From assembly GCA_964035575.1 (NCBI GenBank), contig OZ037846.1, positions 930,001 to 994,000 on the forward strand: 64,000 nt of DNA, in the 5' to 3' direction. The notes below the pieces were generated by a model, which saw nothing but the letters and a program-made list of their open reading frames with translations, did not search any database and had not been told where the DNA came from. Positions 10,335-21,614 of the stretch are shown in pieces (positions within the stretch are counted from its first letter, which is position 1; the number at the start of each line of letters is the position of its first letter). Both the position numbers and the translations under genes were made by a program. Origin of the DNA: Rhynchopus sp. YZ270_cl-10. Its lineage: Eukaryota.

Positions 10335-12431
10335 ATGTGGCGGTGTTGTTGCGCATGGCTGGAGGCAGCGTTCACCTTGGACGGGACGGCCGCACCCAAG
10401 GAGGTGAAGCGACGGAAGCTGTTCTTCTGGGTGATGTTCGTGGCATTTATGTCAGCTGTTCCAGGCATAGTATTTGACTACGAGCCGCTGAAGGAGCGCT
10501 ACATTCAGCAGCTATCGTACCTCTTGTTTTTTTCTGCAACGTTCTTCGCATTTGTGACGATTCTCCGCAAAGCAAGACTCTCGACACCCATCATAGTTGG
10601 CACTGCATACGGCTGTGTCATTAGTGCGTGCCTGGTTGATATCTCTTCACGCACGTTGAATCACAGCTTTTGGGTTTCATTTGTTATCGTTCTCGATTTC
10701 CTCATCGTGCTGCAAGTGGACGAGTGCTACAGCACGGCAGTTGTCTGCTTCGTAGTCTTCTGGGTGGTGTTGATGGGGCTAGAGGAGACAGAGCGATTTG
10801 GCCTGTTCGACCTACCCGGCCTCCCCTCGCAGGAAGGTGAGCACGGCAGGAGGGCGTACTACAGAGAGCTGACGGAGTGTGAGAAGCTGCCCTGTGCAAT
10901 TGGCAACCCCGGACGGCTGACGGTTTCCGTAAGCGTGTTCGTGATAGACTTTATCGCAACGCGAGGCTTTGCGCGTGGTCTCCTGAAGGAGCAGGCATCA
11001 ATGGAGCGGACCATCAACACCGTGCAGGAGATTGCGTCGTTGCTGGCTGGCTACGACGTGGAGCAGGTGGCGGAGCTGTTGAAGGCGCATGAGGGTGACC
11101 TGCCTGAGGGGATGACAGAGGCACTGCGTAACTTGGAGGAGAACCTGCGGAAGTACCGTCCCTACCTCCCTGCTGCGCTGTTTGAGGCTGATGAGGGCGG
11201 TGTGCAGCAGTCGACTGTGGCACCGCCTGGGCTTGTCAGCGAGACAGCAACAATTGTGTTCACAGACATCCGTGCTTCAACAGAGATCTGGGAGATTGCA
11301 CCTGAGGGGATGCGTGCTGGACTGCAGATCCACAACGCTGTGGTGCGTGAGGTGATGCGGATGTGTGGTGGGTACGAGGTGAAGACCATTGGCGACGCAT
11401 TCATGATTGCCTTTGCATCCACTTGCGACGGTGTGGCGTTTGGGTTGCGTGTGCAGGAACGTCTGTTTGAAGCAGACTGGCCTGCGTCTCTGCTTGAGGA
11501 TGCACCAATCTGCTCTCGGCAGGGGTTGCTGTGGGGTGGTCTGACTGTGCGCATTGGTGTGAACACTGGCCCTGTGACTGTGGAGCAGAACACATTGACG
11601 GGACGGACAGACTATCTTGGACACACAGTGAACGTTGCATCACGCCTTGAGAGCACATGCACACCTGGTGCTGTGGCTGTGCCCTCTGACCTGTGGGCGT
11701 CTGAGTGCTGGTCGTGCAGTGCTGTTGTTGGTGCACAAGAGGCAGTTCACTTGAAGGGTGTGGCAGACAGCACGTTGGTGTGCTGTGTGTGGCCTGTCTC
11801 ACTTGGGGGACGAAAGGGCACACCACTCTGCGAGTCTGGATCGGCAGGTATGAAGATGGACAGCAAAGGCTCGTCATCAGCATCCAGCACTTCTTCGTTG
11901 TTGGCACACCCAACCAGGCAGGTCTCCGGCACTGTGGGAGTTGCACAGCTTGCAGTGGGTGACGTGGTGCACAACACAGCTTTCCACTACATGAACTCAA
12001 GACTCACAACACTGGCGATCACACTGGAGCAGAGTGGAGGGAGTCTGGTGACGCTGCTTGGGAACTGTGTGTGTGTTGGGTGGAACGTGTCGCGATCTGC
12101 ACCTGCACACATGGAGAACGCGATACGGTTTGTGCAGCGCATGTCTGTGAAGTCTGCACTGAACGGGGCTGGTCTTGCAAGCGGTCCTGTGCAGCACGGG
12201 GATGTTGGTGCACGGAGCCAGCGCTTTGTGACTGTGATGGGGGATGTTGTGCGTCGGAGTTGGGCGCTGTGCGAGGAGGCTGTGCGTGACGGGGTTGTGT
12301 GTCTGTACGAGCCTCCTGAAGGGACAACACTGCCGTCTGCACTTGAAGACGTTCTTGTCCGGCACAAGGGTTGTTACCGTGTCCTTGAAGCACAGGACAA
12401 CAGAGCAAGGGAATGCGACAACGTGCTTTAG
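10335..12431 (+). CDS. Class III adenylate cyclase, array copy 4
   Basis: Same catalytic motifs; closest to copies 3 and 5. Confidence 0.92.
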   Translation: MWRCCCAWLEAAFTLDGTAAPKEVKRRKLFFWVMFVAFMSAVPGIVFDYEPLKERYIQQLSYLLFFSATFFAFVTILRKARLSTPIIVGTAYGCVISACLVDISSRTLNHSFWVSFVIVLDFLIVLQVDECYSTAVVCFVVFWVVLMGLEETERFGLFDLPGLPSQEGEHGRRAYYRELTECEKLPCAIGNPGRLTVSVSVFVIDFIATRGFARGLLKEQASMERTINTVQEIASLLAGYDVEQVAELLKAHEGDLPEGMTEALRNLEENLRKYRPYLPAALFEADEGGVQQSTVAPPGLVSETATIVFTDIRASTEIWEIAPEGMRAGLQIHNAVVREVMRMCGGYEVKTIGDAFMIAFASTCDGVAFGLRVQERLFEADWPASLLEDAPICSRQGLLWGGLTVRIGVNTGPVTVEQNTLTGRTDYLGHTVNVASRLESTCTPGAVAVPSDLWASECWSCSAVVGAQEAVHLKGVADSTLVCCVWPVSLGGRKGTPLCESGSAGMKMDSKGSSSASSTSSLLAHPTRQVSGTVGVAQLAVGDVVHNTAFHYMNSRLTTLAITLEQSGGSLVTLLGNCVCVGWNVSRSAPAHMENAIRFVQRMSVKSALNGAGLASGPVQHGDVGARSQRFVTVMGDVVRRSWALCEEAVRDGVVCLYEPPEGTTLPSALEDVLVRHKGCYRVLEAQDNRARECDNVL

Positions 12432-12827
12432 TCGTGCTTGACTATGCTCTGTACAGTTGCAACCGAGCTTGTTTGGGGTCAGACCAAGAGAGTTAACTAT
12501 CCTTGCCAAACTCACGGAGGGATGAAATGTGCCATCTGCATTTCCTCCCGTTGGCCGGAGGGGTATGCGGGACAATTCTTTTAAGTCCTCGGGGAGGTCA
12601 ACGACCCTGCCCCTACTAAATGCAAGTCACTCCCTGGTTGTATAGAAACTGGGCAGTGGCTTCCCCATGCTATGAAGGGTGTTTGCAATTGGAGCATGAA
12701 ACAGCGACCAACAGTAAGGCCAGAGCTCAGAGGATGAGGTTCCACTGTTACCACAGTATGGGACGCAAAGAGTGTTGTTTGTTGATCTTCCCCTCCTTTT
12801 TTATTTTATTTTTTTGCGCTCTTGTAT

Positions 12828-13460
12828 CAGGGTGTTTCCTAATTTGCTTCCGCTTCCGGGGATTTGGAAAAAATTGGCCAGGGAAAAAATTTGCGGGAAA
12901 AAATTAGGGACGTATTTAAAGTGCTTATTTTTTGGTATTTTCCCGAAAAAGGTATGTTCGCTGTTCTGGATCGCTCCAATCATTCAAATAAAGCAGTTTT
13001 CGGGAATTTTTATTTTCACCGATGTTGGGCACCGTGCGCCTGCGGCGCTGCCTGTTCCTACCAGTTTCTACAGGAAAACACTTGGCCCCCTTTACCTTAC
13101 ACTGACGGGTTTTGACCATAACCAAGGACTTGTCCATTTTGTCAAATTGACCCCACCACAGAACGGGCGGATTCCGAAAATGCAAATGCCGGTGTTTTCG
13201 GGCATTTTCATGTTTTCAGGATCAGGGAGAGAAAATCTGGGTTGTGGGATTTACCTGGTCCCCTGTTCCTTACACTCTTTTTGACCAACACCAAGAACTT
13301 GGCCATTTCGGCAAATTGACCCCACCACAGCGCGGACGGATTCCGGAAATGCCAATTGCGGCATGTTTTGGGGCTGAAAACCCATTTTTTTTCCAGGGAA
13401 AAAATTTGCTTCCGGATGTCGGAATTTTCCGGAAAATTTCCAAAATTAGGAAACACCCTG
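12828..13460. mobile_element. Non-autonomous hAT-like MITE (633 bp)
   Basis: 18-bp TIR CAGGGTGTTTCCTAATTT; 8-bp TSD TCTTGTAT; empty site in the paralogous spacer at 10087-10094. Confidence 0.92.
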
Positions 13461-13708
13461 TCTTGTATGGATCCTGTGAAGAATCGTGCTCTCCCATGAT
13501 AGTAGTCTGAAGTCAAACAAACCTTTTTTTGTTTGTTGCCCACCCACGACCTCATGCGGGAAGCTGTACGGTGATCCCAAGCTGCCCCTTTCCCCTCGCC
13601 CTTCTCACACACATCACTACAGAACTTTGACACATTTTGTACTCCCCGCTTTGTGAGCCACACCTTCCTCTGCTCCTTCACGCTGTTGGACTGAAGTGAG
13701 TGTACACA

Positions 13709-15829
13709 ATGTGGCGGTGTTGTTGCGCATGGCTGGAGGCAGCGTTCACCTTGGACGGGACGGCCGCACCCAAGGAGGTGAAGCGACGGAAGCTGTTCTT
13801 CTGGGTGATGTTCGTGGCATTTATGATATCGCTTGTGGACGCAATGTTGAACTACGAGCCCCTGAAGGAGCGCTACATTCACCAGATATCGTATCTTTTC
13901 TATTTTTGTGCAACTTTCTTCGCATTTGTGACGATTCTCCGCAAAGCAAGACTCTCGACACCCATCATAGTTGCCACTGCATACGGCGTAGCAATCAGTC
14001 TTTTGCTTGTTGATATCTCTGTACGCACAATGAACGACAGCTTTTGGGTTTCATTTGTTATCGTTCTCGATTTCCTCATCGTGCTGCAAGTGGACGAGTG
14101 CTACAGCACGGCAGTTGTCTGCTTCGTAGTCTTCTGGGTGGTGTTGATGGGGCTAGAGGAGACAGAGCGATTTGGCCTGTTCGACCTACCCGGCCTCCCC
14201 TCGCAGGAAGGTGAGCACGGCAGGAGGGCGTACTACAGAGAGCTGACGGAGTGTGAGAATCTGCCCTGTGCATCTGGCAACCTCGGACGGCTGGGTGTTC
14301 CTGTAGGCATGTTCGTGATAGACTTTATCGCAACGCGAGGCTTCGCTCGTAATCTCCTGAAGGAGCAGGAGTCAATGGAGCGGACGATCAACGCTGTGCA
14401 GGAGATTGCGTCGTTGCTGGCTGGCTACGACGTGGAGCAGGTGGCGGAGCTGTTGAAGGCGCATGAGGGTGACCTGCCTGAGGGGATGACAGAGGCACTG
14501 CGTAACTTGGAGGAGAACCTGCGGAAGTACCGTCCCTACCTCCCTGCTGCGCTGTTTGAGGCTGATGAGGGCGGTGTGCAGCAGTCGACTGTGGCACCGC
14601 CTGGGCTTGTCAGCGAGACAGCAACGATTGTGTTCACAGACATCCGTGCGTCGACGTCGATCTGGGAGATTGCACCTGAGGGGATGCGTGCTGGACTGCA
14701 GATCCACAACGCTGTGGTGCGTGAGGTGATGCGGATGTGTGGTGGGTACGAGGTGAAGACCATTGGCGACGCATTCATGATTGCCTTTGCATCCACTTGC
14801 GACGGTGTGGCGTTTGGGTTGCGTGTGCAGGAACGTCTGTTTGAAGCAGACTGGCCTGCGTCTCTGCTTGAGGATGCACCAATCTGCTCTCGGCAGGGGT
14901 TGCTGTGGGGTGGTCTGACTGTGCGCATTGGTGTGAACACTGGTCCTGTGACTGTGGAGCAGAACACACTGACGGGACGGACAGACTACTTCGGACACAC
15001 AGTGAACGTTGCATCACGACTTGAGAGCACATGCACACCTGGTGCTGTGGCTGTGCCCTCTGACCTGTGGACGTCTGTCTCTGGGTCGTGCAGTGCTGTT
15101 GTTGGTGCACAAGAGGCAGTTCACTTGAAGGGTGTCTCGGGGAGCACGTTGGTGTGCTGTGTGTGGCCTGTCTCACTTGGGGGACGAAGGGAGACACCAC
15201 TTCGCGAGTCCTCTCGGCCTCGGCAGAGTGTGAAGAGCAAAGTGAGTCTTTCCACATCATGTGCTTCATCTACAGACCTCCTTGCTGTGTCGCTGTTGGC
15301 ACACTCGAACCGCCAGGTCTCCTCCGGCACTGTGGGAGTTGCACAGCTTGCAGTGGGTGACGTGGTGCACAACACAGCTTTTGACCACATGAGCTACGGA
15401 CTCACAACACTGACGATCGCACTGGAGCAGAGTGGAGGGAGTCTGGTGACGCTGCTTGGGAACTGTGTGTGTGTTGGGTGGAACGTGTCGCGATCTGCAC
15501 CTGCACACATGGAGAACGCGATACGGTTTGTGCAGCGCATGTCTGTGAAGTCTGCACTGAACGGGGCTGGTCTTGCAAGCGGTCCTGTGCAGCACGGGGA
15601 TGTTGGTGCACGGAGCCAGCGCTTTGTGACTGTGATGGGGGATGTTGTGCGTCGGAGTTGGGCGCTGTGCGAGGAGGCTGTGCGTGACGGGGTTGTGTGT
15701 CTGTACGAGCCTCCTGAAGAGACAACACTGCCGTCTGCACTTGAAGACGTTCTTGTCCGGCACAAGGGTTGTTACCGTGTCCTTGAGGCACAAAGCAGCC
15801 GGGTTAGGGAATGCGACAACGTGCTTTAG
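13709..15829 (+). CDS. Class III adenylate cyclase, array copy 5
   Basis: Same catalytic motifs; unique inter-domain linker. Confidence 0.92.
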   Translation: MWRCCCAWLEAAFTLDGTAAPKEVKRRKLFFWVMFVAFMISLVDAMLNYEPLKERYIHQISYLFYFCATFFAFVTILRKARLSTPIIVATAYGVAISLLLVDISVRTMNDSFWVSFVIVLDFLIVLQVDECYSTAVVCFVVFWVVLMGLEETERFGLFDLPGLPSQEGEHGRRAYYRELTECENLPCASGNLGRLGVPVGMFVIDFIATRGFARNLLKEQESMERTINAVQEIASLLAGYDVEQVAELLKAHEGDLPEGMTEALRNLEENLRKYRPYLPAALFEADEGGVQQSTVAPPGLVSETATIVFTDIRASTSIWEIAPEGMRAGLQIHNAVVREVMRMCGGYEVKTIGDAFMIAFASTCDGVAFGLRVQERLFEADWPASLLEDAPICSRQGLLWGGLTVRIGVNTGPVTVEQNTLTGRTDYFGHTVNVASRLESTCTPGAVAVPSDLWTSVSGSCSAVVGAQEAVHLKGVSGSTLVCCVWPVSLGGRRETPLRESSRPRQSVKSKVSLSTSCASSTDLLAVSLLAHSNRQVSSGTVGVAQLAVGDVVHNTAFDHMSYGLTTLTIALEQSGGSLVTLLGNCVCVGWNVSRSAPAHMENAIRFVQRMSVKSALNGAGLASGPVQHGDVGARSQRFVTVMGDVVRRSWALCEEAVRDGVVCLYEPPEETTLPSALEDVLVRHKGCYRVLEAQSSRVRECDNVL

Positions 15830-16767
15830 TCGTGCTTGTGACCATGGTGGTCTGTACAGTTGCAGCCAAGCTTGTTTGGTGTCAGACCAAGGGAGTTAAC
15901 TATGCCTTTCCACACTCACGGGGGGATGACGTACCGTCTATATTAGGAGCATGAAACAGCAACCAACAGTCAGGCCAGAGCTTGTTCTGACACATGTTGT
16001 GGTACGCTGTGCCCTGTAAGAACTTCCCTGTTAATCCCGAAGAAAGTGTGAGGCCCCACTGTTACCACAGTATGGGATACCAAGAGAGATGTTGTGATTC
16101 CCGGCCCTGCTCTGTTGTCTCGACAATCGTACGCGAAGCGTTGGGTGCAGCGAACGGGAGTCACCACTCTTTAAGTAGAAGGGCGGCCAGCAGACGGGCG
16201 GTTGTGTAAAGCACCCGTTCACACCAAGGTACGGGTAAGTCATTAATTTTCCTTTTACACCTTCTGTTGTTGGCTGCAGGGTACTTTGCACTTTTCATCC
16301 AGATGGCTGGCATCGTACATGTGTCATTCTGAGGTGCCTGCATCAACAATTACACTTGCAGAGACAGAGCACTTTGTAGTTAACTTCCCCCTCCCGTGAC
16401 TATGCACAAGAGCTTAGACACATCTTGCCAATATTTTCCTCCACGAGACCCGACGATCTATTTACCGGATGTGTCCTCGTGTGCACTGGTTTATTGATGA
16501 AGTTCTTTACAGGACACGTTACACATAAAGAAAGGACGTTACACGAGGCCTTGCACGGACTGCTTATGTCTGCGTTTCACACTGCAGCAGAGTGAATGAT
16601 TGACCACCACTTCGACCCCCATACGAACCCCTTCTCCTGACCCCTTTTCACAAAACCCTCAACGACCGTACTTCCACAACAACGTTACCCCCAACGCAAA
16701 CAGCCTCTGCCTCCTCCTTGACACCCCCCACCCCCCCTCCCCACAGTACATTACACCCCTCCACGAG

Positions 16768-17961
16768 ATGTTCAGTGTTTTTGTTACCTTGGGGAGCACT
16801 GCGCGGACTGCCTGTGTAGACGTTGCGGAAGATGGTTCTGTGTACGACTTGCGGACTGCCGTGTGTAGGGAGTTTGGCACTGAGCCCGCGGAGGTGACGC
16901 GTCTTGCCCTTGGCAGCACATCACTCGACGATGCGACGCTTCTGTCCGACACAGCCTGCGTTGCCGGCATGACGTTCACGCTGCACCTCGGAGACCCTAC
17001 TCACCTCCGCCCCACTCGCTACCGTGGCACCAAGGACTGCACCTGTCTTGCCCTCTCGCACTGTGGACGCCACCTCGCATTAGGCTACCCAAACGGCACC
17101 TTCACACTCAACGACACCACAACAGGTTTAGTCGAAGCGACCTTCCCAGGAGGCAGGGTGCCTCTGATGGCACTGTGCTTCTCACCATGCGGTGGGTGGA
17201 TGTATCTTGCGAGCAGGGTGCAGGTATGCCGTGTCGCGATGTGGGCGTGCCAGGCTGAAGCTGCCGTGCAGACACCAGCAGAGAGGATGGTTGCGACAAC
17301 CGCGCACCTAGTGTGCGTGACACACGAGGAGGTGGCGGTGCGTTGTGTGGAGGGGCTTGCGAAGATGTGGTCTGTTGCTGTGGATGGCTCGTCGAGGGTG
17401 GCTGTCGAGCCTCTACGTTGCTGGGTTGCGTGCCTATCCTATCATGATGTGGTGGTGCGCGAACTGGCGACTGGGGAGGAGGTGGCACGACTCGATATTG
17501 GTGGTGCTGCGTGCGCATTCACACCATGCGGCTCGCAGCTTGCCGTCATTGGCGACGACGCAACCCATATCGCCACCGTACCACAAGGAGACCCATATGC
17601 GTACCTGCCGCACTCTGCACTCATGATCCCCACCGCCTGCGCTGTGCTCCACGACAATGCACACATCATTGCCGTCGGGGAACGGCGTATAGAGCAATAC
17701 AACATTACCACCGGGCGCTGTGTACGCGCACTACGTCACTTCGATTCCCACAACATCTACATCGCCCCCTCTGGTGCCATAGTTTACTACAGCAACAACT
17801 ATGAATCGGTGGTGGTGGTGGAGCCAGTCCTGGAGGGGGATGGGGAGGGGGGGGAAGAGGAGGAGGAGGACCGAGGGGAAGGCCAAGATGCCTCCGACAC
17901 AGCCACGCAAGACAGTGATGAATACCGAGCACGTCACCCACGGAGGTGTGTGGTGTGCTGA
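16768..17961 (+). CDS. Ubiquitin-like N-domain plus WD40-like beta-propeller protein with acidic tail and CaaX box (CVVC)
   Basis: N-terminus MFSVFVTLG..VDVAEDGSVYDLRTAV..LDDATLLSDT resembles a Ubl fold; repeats LALSHCGRHLALG, LCFSPCGGWMYLA, CAFTPCGSQLAVI, IYIAPSGAIVY; ends in CVVC-stop. Confidence 0.7.
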   Translation: MFSVFVTLGSTARTACVDVAEDGSVYDLRTAVCREFGTEPAEVTRLALGSTSLDDATLLSDTACVAGMTFTLHLGDPTHLRPTRYRGTKDCTCLALSHCGRHLALGYPNGTFTLNDTTTGLVEATFPGGRVPLMALCFSPCGGWMYLASRVQVCRVAMWACQAEAAVQTPAERMVATTAHLVCVTHEEVAVRCVEGLAKMWSVAVDGSSRVAVEPLRCWVACLSYHDVVVRELATGEEVARLDIGGAACAFTPCGSQLAVIGDDATHIATVPQGDPYAYLPHSALMIPTACAVLHDNAHIIAVGERRIEQYNITTGRCVRALRHFDSHNIYIAPSGAIVYYSNNYESVVVVEPVLEGDGEGGEEEEEDRGEGQDASDTATQDSDEYRARHPRRCVVC

Positions 17962-18966
17962 TGGTGCAAGGTGGGGAGGGGTCCAGCCTCTGAGCTGACG
18001 ACACCCGCTAGTTGAGACTCCGGATTTTAGTCCAGCTCACCCCGCAATATGAGGCGCTCTCATGACCAACGACGCTCCCCTCAAGGCAAACCATTGGAAC
18101 CCGATTTGGGGGGAAAATGATAAACCAGATTCTCGCAAACACACGGTTGTATTGTGCATTGTGTGCATAAGAAGTAGAGATCTTAGGGTAGGGTGAGAAC
18201 GAAAAGGGAAAAGGGTACTCCGGTGTGTGCCTGTCTGTCAGAGGAGGAGCAAATGGAGCTCATCCTCGGGGTGTCGTCTATAATACAACCAAGTTTTCAA
18301 AACAACAATGATTTATTCTAGCCCTCATTGTATTGATTGGGTCGATGCGTCCCATTTTCTAGTCCCTGGTAGCTACGGTTGTCCGATCTGGGACAGTGCC
18401 GTGATGCTACCCACTGGATGGATTATGGATCCCTCATTTTATTGGGTTGCATCGATGCGGACAACCCAAGGAGGTGCATCCACCTACCGTAAAGATGAGT
18501 AGCAGTTGCTGGTGTAGATGCTTTAGTCGACTTCCACTTCAACAAGTATAAGTCGACTCCTCTCGTCGCATTTAACAGAGCTCCCCCCCATTCCCTCTTT
18601 TAACTTGCTAAAATTAAAGGATAATGTACCAAACTCTATCACTCCACGCCCGCCACCTATGCGGATGATCTGAGGGTGACGGAGGTGCTTGCATTCCGCG
18701 GGCGGAGGCGGTCAAAGACGGTGCCTCAGTTCCTCCACTTTCTTTTTTGTGTACGGAGGGACGAGAAAGTGGTATGTGGTTGGGCCCCTGTCGTTGCTCT
18801 GGTGTCTGCTGCGTTCCCCTCACTGCGTGACCCCCTGTGGCCTGTGGGGCGATAACCCGAAGTAGGTATTAGTGGGACCACTCCCCTTTATTGCTTTCCA
18901 GTTTAAAGACAACCACAGCCCCCTCTGTCCCCCCCCTCTTGCTAATCGCTTTTGTCTTCTCATACA

Positions 18967-21141
18967 ATGTCTGTGCTCACGCAGATGAATCAGACAGTTC
19001 TGCGCTGTTTAGAACCTGCCTTGACATTAGATGGGAGAACCTCTGCCAAGGAGCAAAAGAAGAGAACGCTGTTTTTATTTATTTGGACTGTGGTGGGGAT
19101 GTTCGTGGGTGTGTACATCATGCTCTCCTGGGAGGGGCAGGGGTCACACCGTATGTCCTTGTCGGCAGCCTTGGTGACGCTGTTCGTGAGTGTTGTTGGG
19201 GCGCTCTGTATCCTGCTCAAATGCGAGCTTCGTCAGTGGCACATCATGGTCACCATCTGTGGGCTGGGTCTGTCCATATTCGCGTGGGACCTACACAACA
19301 GGGCGAGACTCGCCCCTGCTTGGCCAATGCTTGTGCTGTGCGTCGATTTTCTGTTAGTGTTGGAGCTGCCCGCGCGCTACAGTATGGGTCTCGTTGTGTT
19401 CACGTGTCTCTGGCTGATCGTGTTAGCGGCAGAAGAAACGCTACGATTCGGTCTCTTAGACCTTCCTTTGACGATCCCGCAAGAAGGTGAGTATGGACGA
19501 AAGGAGTTTTTTCGGAAAATAACGGAGTGTGCAGTGCTGCCGTGTGCAGTGCCGTTTCCGCCGCCGGGGATGATGGTGTCGTTGTCGGTTTTTGTGATCG
19601 ACTTTTTTGTAACCAGGTCGTTTGCGATGCAGGTCTTGCAGGAGCAGGCATCAATGGAGCGGACGATCCACACCGTGCAGGAGATTGCGTCGTTGCTGGC
19701 TGGCTACGACGTGGAGCAGGTGGCGGAGCTGTTGAAGGCGCATGAGGGTGACCTGCCTGAGGGGATGACAGAGGCACTGCGTAACTTGGAGGAGAACCTG
19801 CGGAAGTACCGTCCCTACCTCCCTGCTGCGCTGTTTGAGTCTGATGTGGATGAGGACGGTGTGCAGCAGCCAACTGTGGCACCGCCTGGGCTTGTCAGTG
19901 AGACAGCAACAATTGTGTTCACAGACATCCGTGCGTCGACGTCGATCTGGGAGATTGCACCTGAGGGGATGCGTGCTGGACTGCAGATCCACAACGCTGT
20001 GATGCGTGAGGTGATGCGGATGTGCGGTGGGTACGAGGTGAAGACCATTGGCGACGCATTCATGATTGCCTTTGCATCCACTTGCGACGGTGTGGCGTTT
20101 GGGTTGCGTGTGCAGGAGCGTCTGTTTGAAGCAGACTGGCCTGCGTCTCTGCTTGAGGATGCACCAATCTGCTCTCGGCAGGGGTCGCTGTGGGGTGGTC
20201 TGACTGTGCGCATTGGTGTGAACACTGGTCCTGTGACTGTGGAGCAGAACACATTGACGGGACGGACAGACTACTTCGGACACACAGTGAACGTTGCATC
20301 ACGACTTGAGAGCACATGCACACCTGGTGCTGTAGCTTTGCCCTCTGACCTGTGGACGTCTGTCTCTGGGTCGTGCAGTGCTGTTGTTGGTGCACAAGAG
20401 GCAGTTCACTTGAAGGGTGTCTCGGGGAGCACGTTGGTGTGCTGTGTGTGGCCTGTCTCACTTGGGGGACGAAAGGAGACACCACTTTGCGAGTCTTCTC
20501 CGCCCTCTAGGCGAGTCTCCAGTGCGAAGATAGACAAGAGTCAAAATTTGTTTCAAACGATGAAGAGCAGATGTTCGTCGTTAGCTTCGGAGGGGTCTTC
20601 ACACTCACGATTGACATACTCGACCCGCCAGGTCTCCGGCACTGTGGGAGTTGCACAGCTTGCAGTGGGTGACGTGGTGCACAACACAGCTTTCCCACAC
20701 ATGAGCTCCGGACTCACAACACTGACGATCGCACTGGAGCAGAGTGGAGGGAGTCTGGTGACGCTGCTTGGGAACTGTGTGTGTGTTGGGTGGAACGTGT
20801 CGCGATCTGCACCTGCACACATGGAGAACGCGATACGGTTTGTGCAGCGCATGTCTGTGAAGTGTGCACTGAACGGGGCTGGTCTTGCAAGCGGTCCTGT
20901 GCAGCACGGGGATGTTGGTGCACGGAGCCAGCGCTTTGTGACTGTGATGGGGGATGTTGTGCGTCGGAGTTGGGCGCTGTGCGAGGAGGCTGTGCGTGAC
21001 GGGGTTGTGTGTCTGTACGAGCCTCCTGAAGAGACAACACTGCCGTCTGCACTTGAAGACGTTCTTGTCCGGCACAAGGGTTGTTACCGTGTCCTTGAGG
21101 CACAGGACGACAGAGCAAGGGAATGCGACAACGTGCTTTAG
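18967..21141 (+). CDS. Class III adenylate cyclase, array copy 6 (divergent TM region)
   Basis: Catalytic and C-terminal parts near-identical to the other copies from ~19640 onward; N-terminal 6-TM part much more diverged. Confidence 0.92.
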   Translation: MSVLTQMNQTVLRCLEPALTLDGRTSAKEQKKRTLFLFIWTVVGMFVGVYIMLSWEGQGSHRMSLSAALVTLFVSVVGALCILLKCELRQWHIMVTICGLGLSIFAWDLHNRARLAPAWPMLVLCVDFLLVLELPARYSMGLVVFTCLWLIVLAAEETLRFGLLDLPLTIPQEGEYGRKEFFRKITECAVLPCAVPFPPPGMMVSLSVFVIDFFVTRSFAMQVLQEQASMERTIHTVQEIASLLAGYDVEQVAELLKAHEGDLPEGMTEALRNLEENLRKYRPYLPAALFESDVDEDGVQQPTVAPPGLVSETATIVFTDIRASTSIWEIAPEGMRAGLQIHNAVMREVMRMCGGYEVKTIGDAFMIAFASTCDGVAFGLRVQERLFEADWPASLLEDAPICSRQGSLWGGLTVRIGVNTGPVTVEQNTLTGRTDYFGHTVNVASRLESTCTPGAVALPSDLWTSVSGSCSAVVGAQEAVHLKGVSGSTLVCCVWPVSLGGRKETPLCESSPPSRRVSSAKIDKSQNLFQTMKSRCSSLASEGSSHSRLTYSTRQVSGTVGVAQLAVGDVVHNTAFPHMSSGLTTLTIALEQSGGSLVTLLGNCVCVGWNVSRSAPAHMENAIRFVQRMSVKCALNGAGLASGPVQHGDVGARSQRFVTVMGDVVRRSWALCEEAVRDGVVCLYEPPEETTLPSALEDVLVRHKGCYRVLEAQDDRARECDNVL

Positions 21142-21614
21142 TCGTGCTTGTGACCATGGTCTGTACAGTTGCAGCCAAGCTTGTTTGGGGTAAGACCAAG
21201 GGAGTTCACTATGACTTGCCACACTCACGGGGGATGAAATGTGCAGTCTGTATTTCCTCCCGTTGGCTGCAGGGTACTTCTGTGATTTTCATCCAGATGG
21301 CTGGCATCGTACGTGGGTCACTCTGAGGTGCCTGCATCAACAACTACACTTGTTTTTTACCCCAACCAAGGGAGAGACAGAGCACTTTGTAGTTAACTTC
21401 CCCCTCCCGTGACTACGCACAAGAGCTTAGACACATCTTGCCAATATTTTCCTCCACGAGACCTGACGATCTATTTATCGAATGTGTCCCTCGTGTGCAC
21501 TGGTGTGTTGATGCAGTTCTTTACAGGACACGTTACACATAAAGTAAGGAAGTTACACGAGGCCTTGCACGCAACACGCTCCCCTCCCCACAGTACATTA
21601 CATCCTCCCACGAG

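Noticed and set aside
1142..21228. Recurrent antisense and alternate-frame ORFs inside the cyclase genes
   Set aside because: Shadows of GC-rich coding sequence, repeated only because the genes are near-identical
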